A stretch of 64,000 nucleotides of DNA from Macrostomum lignano (taxonomy: Eukaryota): positions 1 through 64,000 of the forward strand of contig NIVC01002733.1 of the NCBI GenBank assembly GCA_002269645.1, given 5' to 3'. Below are positions 61,715 through 64,000 of the stretch, in pieces (the first letter of the stretch is position 1; every line of letters starts with the position of its first letter). A program made the translations under genes and the position numbers. The notes under the pieces were generated by a model. It made no database searches. It had not been told where the DNA came from and saw only the letters and a program-made list of their open reading frames with translations.

Positions 61715-62390
61715 CTGGATCAAGCTTCATTTAAAATGGGTCAGTTTTGGGTGCAGCCTCATTAAAAATGGGTCAGTACTGGGTCAAGCTTCATTTAAAA
61801 TGGGTCAGTTTTGGGTCAAGCCTCATTAAAAATAGGTCAGTACTGGGTCAAGCTTTATTGAAAATGTGTCAGTACTGGGTCAAGCTTCATTAAAAATGGG
61901 TCAGTACTGGGTCAAGCTTCATTGAAAATGGGTCAGTTTTGGGTCAAGCCTCATTAAAAATGGGTCAGTACTGGATCAATTAAGCCTCATTAAAATGGGT
62001 CAGTACTGGGTCAAGCTTCATTGAAATGGGTCAGTTTTGGGTCAAGCCTCATTAAAAATGGGTCAGTACTGGGTCAAGCTTCATTGAAAATGGGTCAGTA
62101 CTGGATCAATTAAGCCTCATTAAAATGGGTCAGTACTGGGTCAAGCTTCATTGAAAATGGGTCAGTACTGGGTCAATTAAGCTTCATTGAAAATGGGTCA
62201 GTACTGGGTCAATTAGGCTTCATTGAAAATGGGTCAGTACTGGGTCAATTAAGCTTCATTGAAAATGGGTCAGTACTGGGTCAAGCCTCATTAAAAATGG
62301 ATCAGTACTGGGTCAAGCTTCATTGAAAATGGGTCAGTTCTGGGTCAAGCTTCATTGAAAATGGGTCAGTACTGGGTCAAGCTTCATGGG
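61715..62390. repeat. ~32-bp minisatellite (GGGTCAAGCTTCATTGAAAATGGGTCAGTACT)
   Basis: Direct repetition just 3' of the tetraspan gene stop. Confidence 0.93.
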
Positions 62391-62423
62391 TCAAGCCTAA
62401 GACAAGTTGCGTCAGCAACTGAG

Positions 62424-63254
62424 TCACAGGTGCACTGGTTCCGGGTTGTCATCTTCACTGTCTCCACCGCCACCTTCGGTGAACTGTACAGCTGCGGCAT
62501 AGGCATGCGGTACAGTGAGCAGATTTTCGCTCGCCTGATGCTGGTGCTGGTGCTGATGCTGGAGCTGGTGCTGGTGCTGGTGCTGATGCTGGTGAGGCAG
62601 CAGCAGCATCGCCGACTCTCCAGCGCCGGAGCAGCAGATGCTCGACTCTCGGCTGCGTCCGCTAGCGCCGGCACCGGCGCTCGCTCGACTGGCGCGCCGG
62701 CTTCCAGGCGTCCGATTTGTGCCGGGACTCGAGCGGACGGAATTGCACCGTCTGTGCGGACAGCCGACTGTGGCTCCGCCGGCGGTGGACACGGAGCCGC
62801 TGCGCTGCGAATTCTGGCTGACGCTGCGCTGCGAATTGATCGACGACGAGCGCGAGCGTCGGACCAAGCAGTGCGGCACCGGCAGCTCCTCGGTGACGAA
62901 CAGGTCGGGCAGTGGCGGCAGCTGGTTATGCGACGGGGCCAGCGAGGCGCGCTTAGCGCTGCTTCGCCGACGCTGAAGCAGCTGCTGCTGATGAAGCTGC
63001 TGAAGCTCGATTCGTCGCCTGCGACGCTCTTCCCGGTGGCAGAGCTCGTAGCAGAGCACGCAGGCGGCGATGGTTAGGCACAGGATGCTGCACAGCATCA
63101 GGTAGAAGCTGAACCCCGGCACGGCTCGCCAGCTGGTGGCTCCGATGACCACCAGGTTCAGCAGGTGCGACAGGCGCGGCTCTGCCTCGGCCTGGAGAGC
63201 CGCCGACGAAGCGTGTACAACGAAGAAGTAGGCGAAGACGGACACGGCTCCGAT
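62424..63254 (-). CDS. Last exon of a probable claudin/PMP22/CACNG-superfamily tetraspan membrane protein (5' part outside the window)
   Basis: Acceptor agtcag| at 63254. Hydrophobic helix IGAVSVFAYFFVV, then GFSFYLMLCSILCLTIAACVLC (resembles the YGWSFYL-type TM4 start), and a long cytoplasmic tail with an HQ repeat ending PEPVHL. Confidence 0.6.
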   Translation of the reverse strand: MGAVSVFAYFFVVHASSAALQAEAEPRLSHLLNLVVIGATSWRAVPGFSFYLMLCSILCLTIAACVLCYELCHREERRRRRIELQQLHQQQLLQRRRSSAKRASLAPSHNQLPPLPDLFVTEELPVPHCLVRRSRSSSINSQRSVSQNSQRSGSVSTAGGATVGCPHRRCNSVRSSPGTNRTPGSRRASRASAGAGASGRSRESSICCSGAGESAMLLLPHQHQHQHQHQLQHQHQHQHQASENLLTVPHAYAAAVQFTEGGGGDSEDDNPEPVHL

Positions 63255-63404
63255 CTGACTTGGAGCTGAACGACGAGGATAAGGAGGTTTTTTCTTGGAT
63301 GACTCATGCGATGCTTAAGACATCTCAAAGCCGAAGAATCAAAGAACTGCTGACTTTGCAAACTAGACGCTTTCCAAACAACACACTTCACTAACAAGTC
63401 GATC

Positions 63405-64000
63405 ACTTACCAAACAAGTCACTTACCAAACAAGTCACTTACCAAACAAGTCACTTACCAAACAAGTCACTTACCAAACAAGTCACTTACCAAACAAGGC
63501 ACTTACCAAACAAGTCACTTACCAAACAAGGCACTTACCAAGCAAGGCACTTACCAAACAAGGCACTTACCAAACAAGTCACTTACCAAACAAGACACTT
63601 ACCAAACAAGTCACTTACCAAACAAGTCACTTACCAAACAAATCACTTACCAAACAAGGCACTTACCAAACAAGTCACTTACCAAACAAGTCACTTACCA
63701 AACAAGTCACTTACCAAACAAGTCACTTACCAAACAAGTCACTTAGCAAACAAGTCACTTACCAAACAAGTCACTTACCAAACAAGGCACTTACCAAACA
63801 AGGCACTTACCAAACAAGGCACTTACCAAACAAGGCACTTACCAAACAAGGCACTTACCAAACAAGGCACTTACCAAACAAGGCACTTACCAAACAAGAC
63901 ACTTACCAAACAAGGCACTTACCAAACAAGTCACTTACCAAACAAGTCACTTACCAAACAAGTCACTTACCAAACAAGTCACTTACCAAACAAGTCACTT
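63405..64000. repeat. 16-bp minisatellite (CACTTACCAAACAAGT), ~37 units, continuing past the window end
   Basis: Direct repetition; lies in the intron upstream of the tetraspan exon. Confidence 0.97.

Overview
Eukaryotic (metazoan) genomic DNA, not prokaryotic. Short GT-AG exons are separated by introns that are nearly all filled with their own minisatellite. This style suggests a repeat-rich invertebrate such as the flatworm Macrostomum (inference only). Genes reconstructed by hand with splice-phase checking: two tandem TTLL10-like tubulin glycylase paralogs (- strand), a complete G-alpha-o (354 aa), a complete par-6 (347 aa), a KChIP/NCS-type calcium sensor, the last exon of a claudin/CACNG-like tetraspan protein, and a 1848-aa intronless ORF I cannot assign to any family. 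That ORF has two related beta-rich (CBM20-like) modules and three copies of an unknown helical domain. Several non-autonomous DNA transposons have verifiable TIRs and TSDs; two with different TIRs carry the same 21-bp satellite. Most interesting signals: (1) the orphan 1848-aa modular protein; (2) several unrelated intronic minisatellites whose unit reads GT...CTAAY...AG or is a perfect 5' splice site, i.e. introns built from tandem mini-introns; (3) a TTLL10 paralog with substituted active-site residues. Most ORFs in the supplied track are artefacts of tandem repeats. All coordinates, counts and alignments were made by eye.
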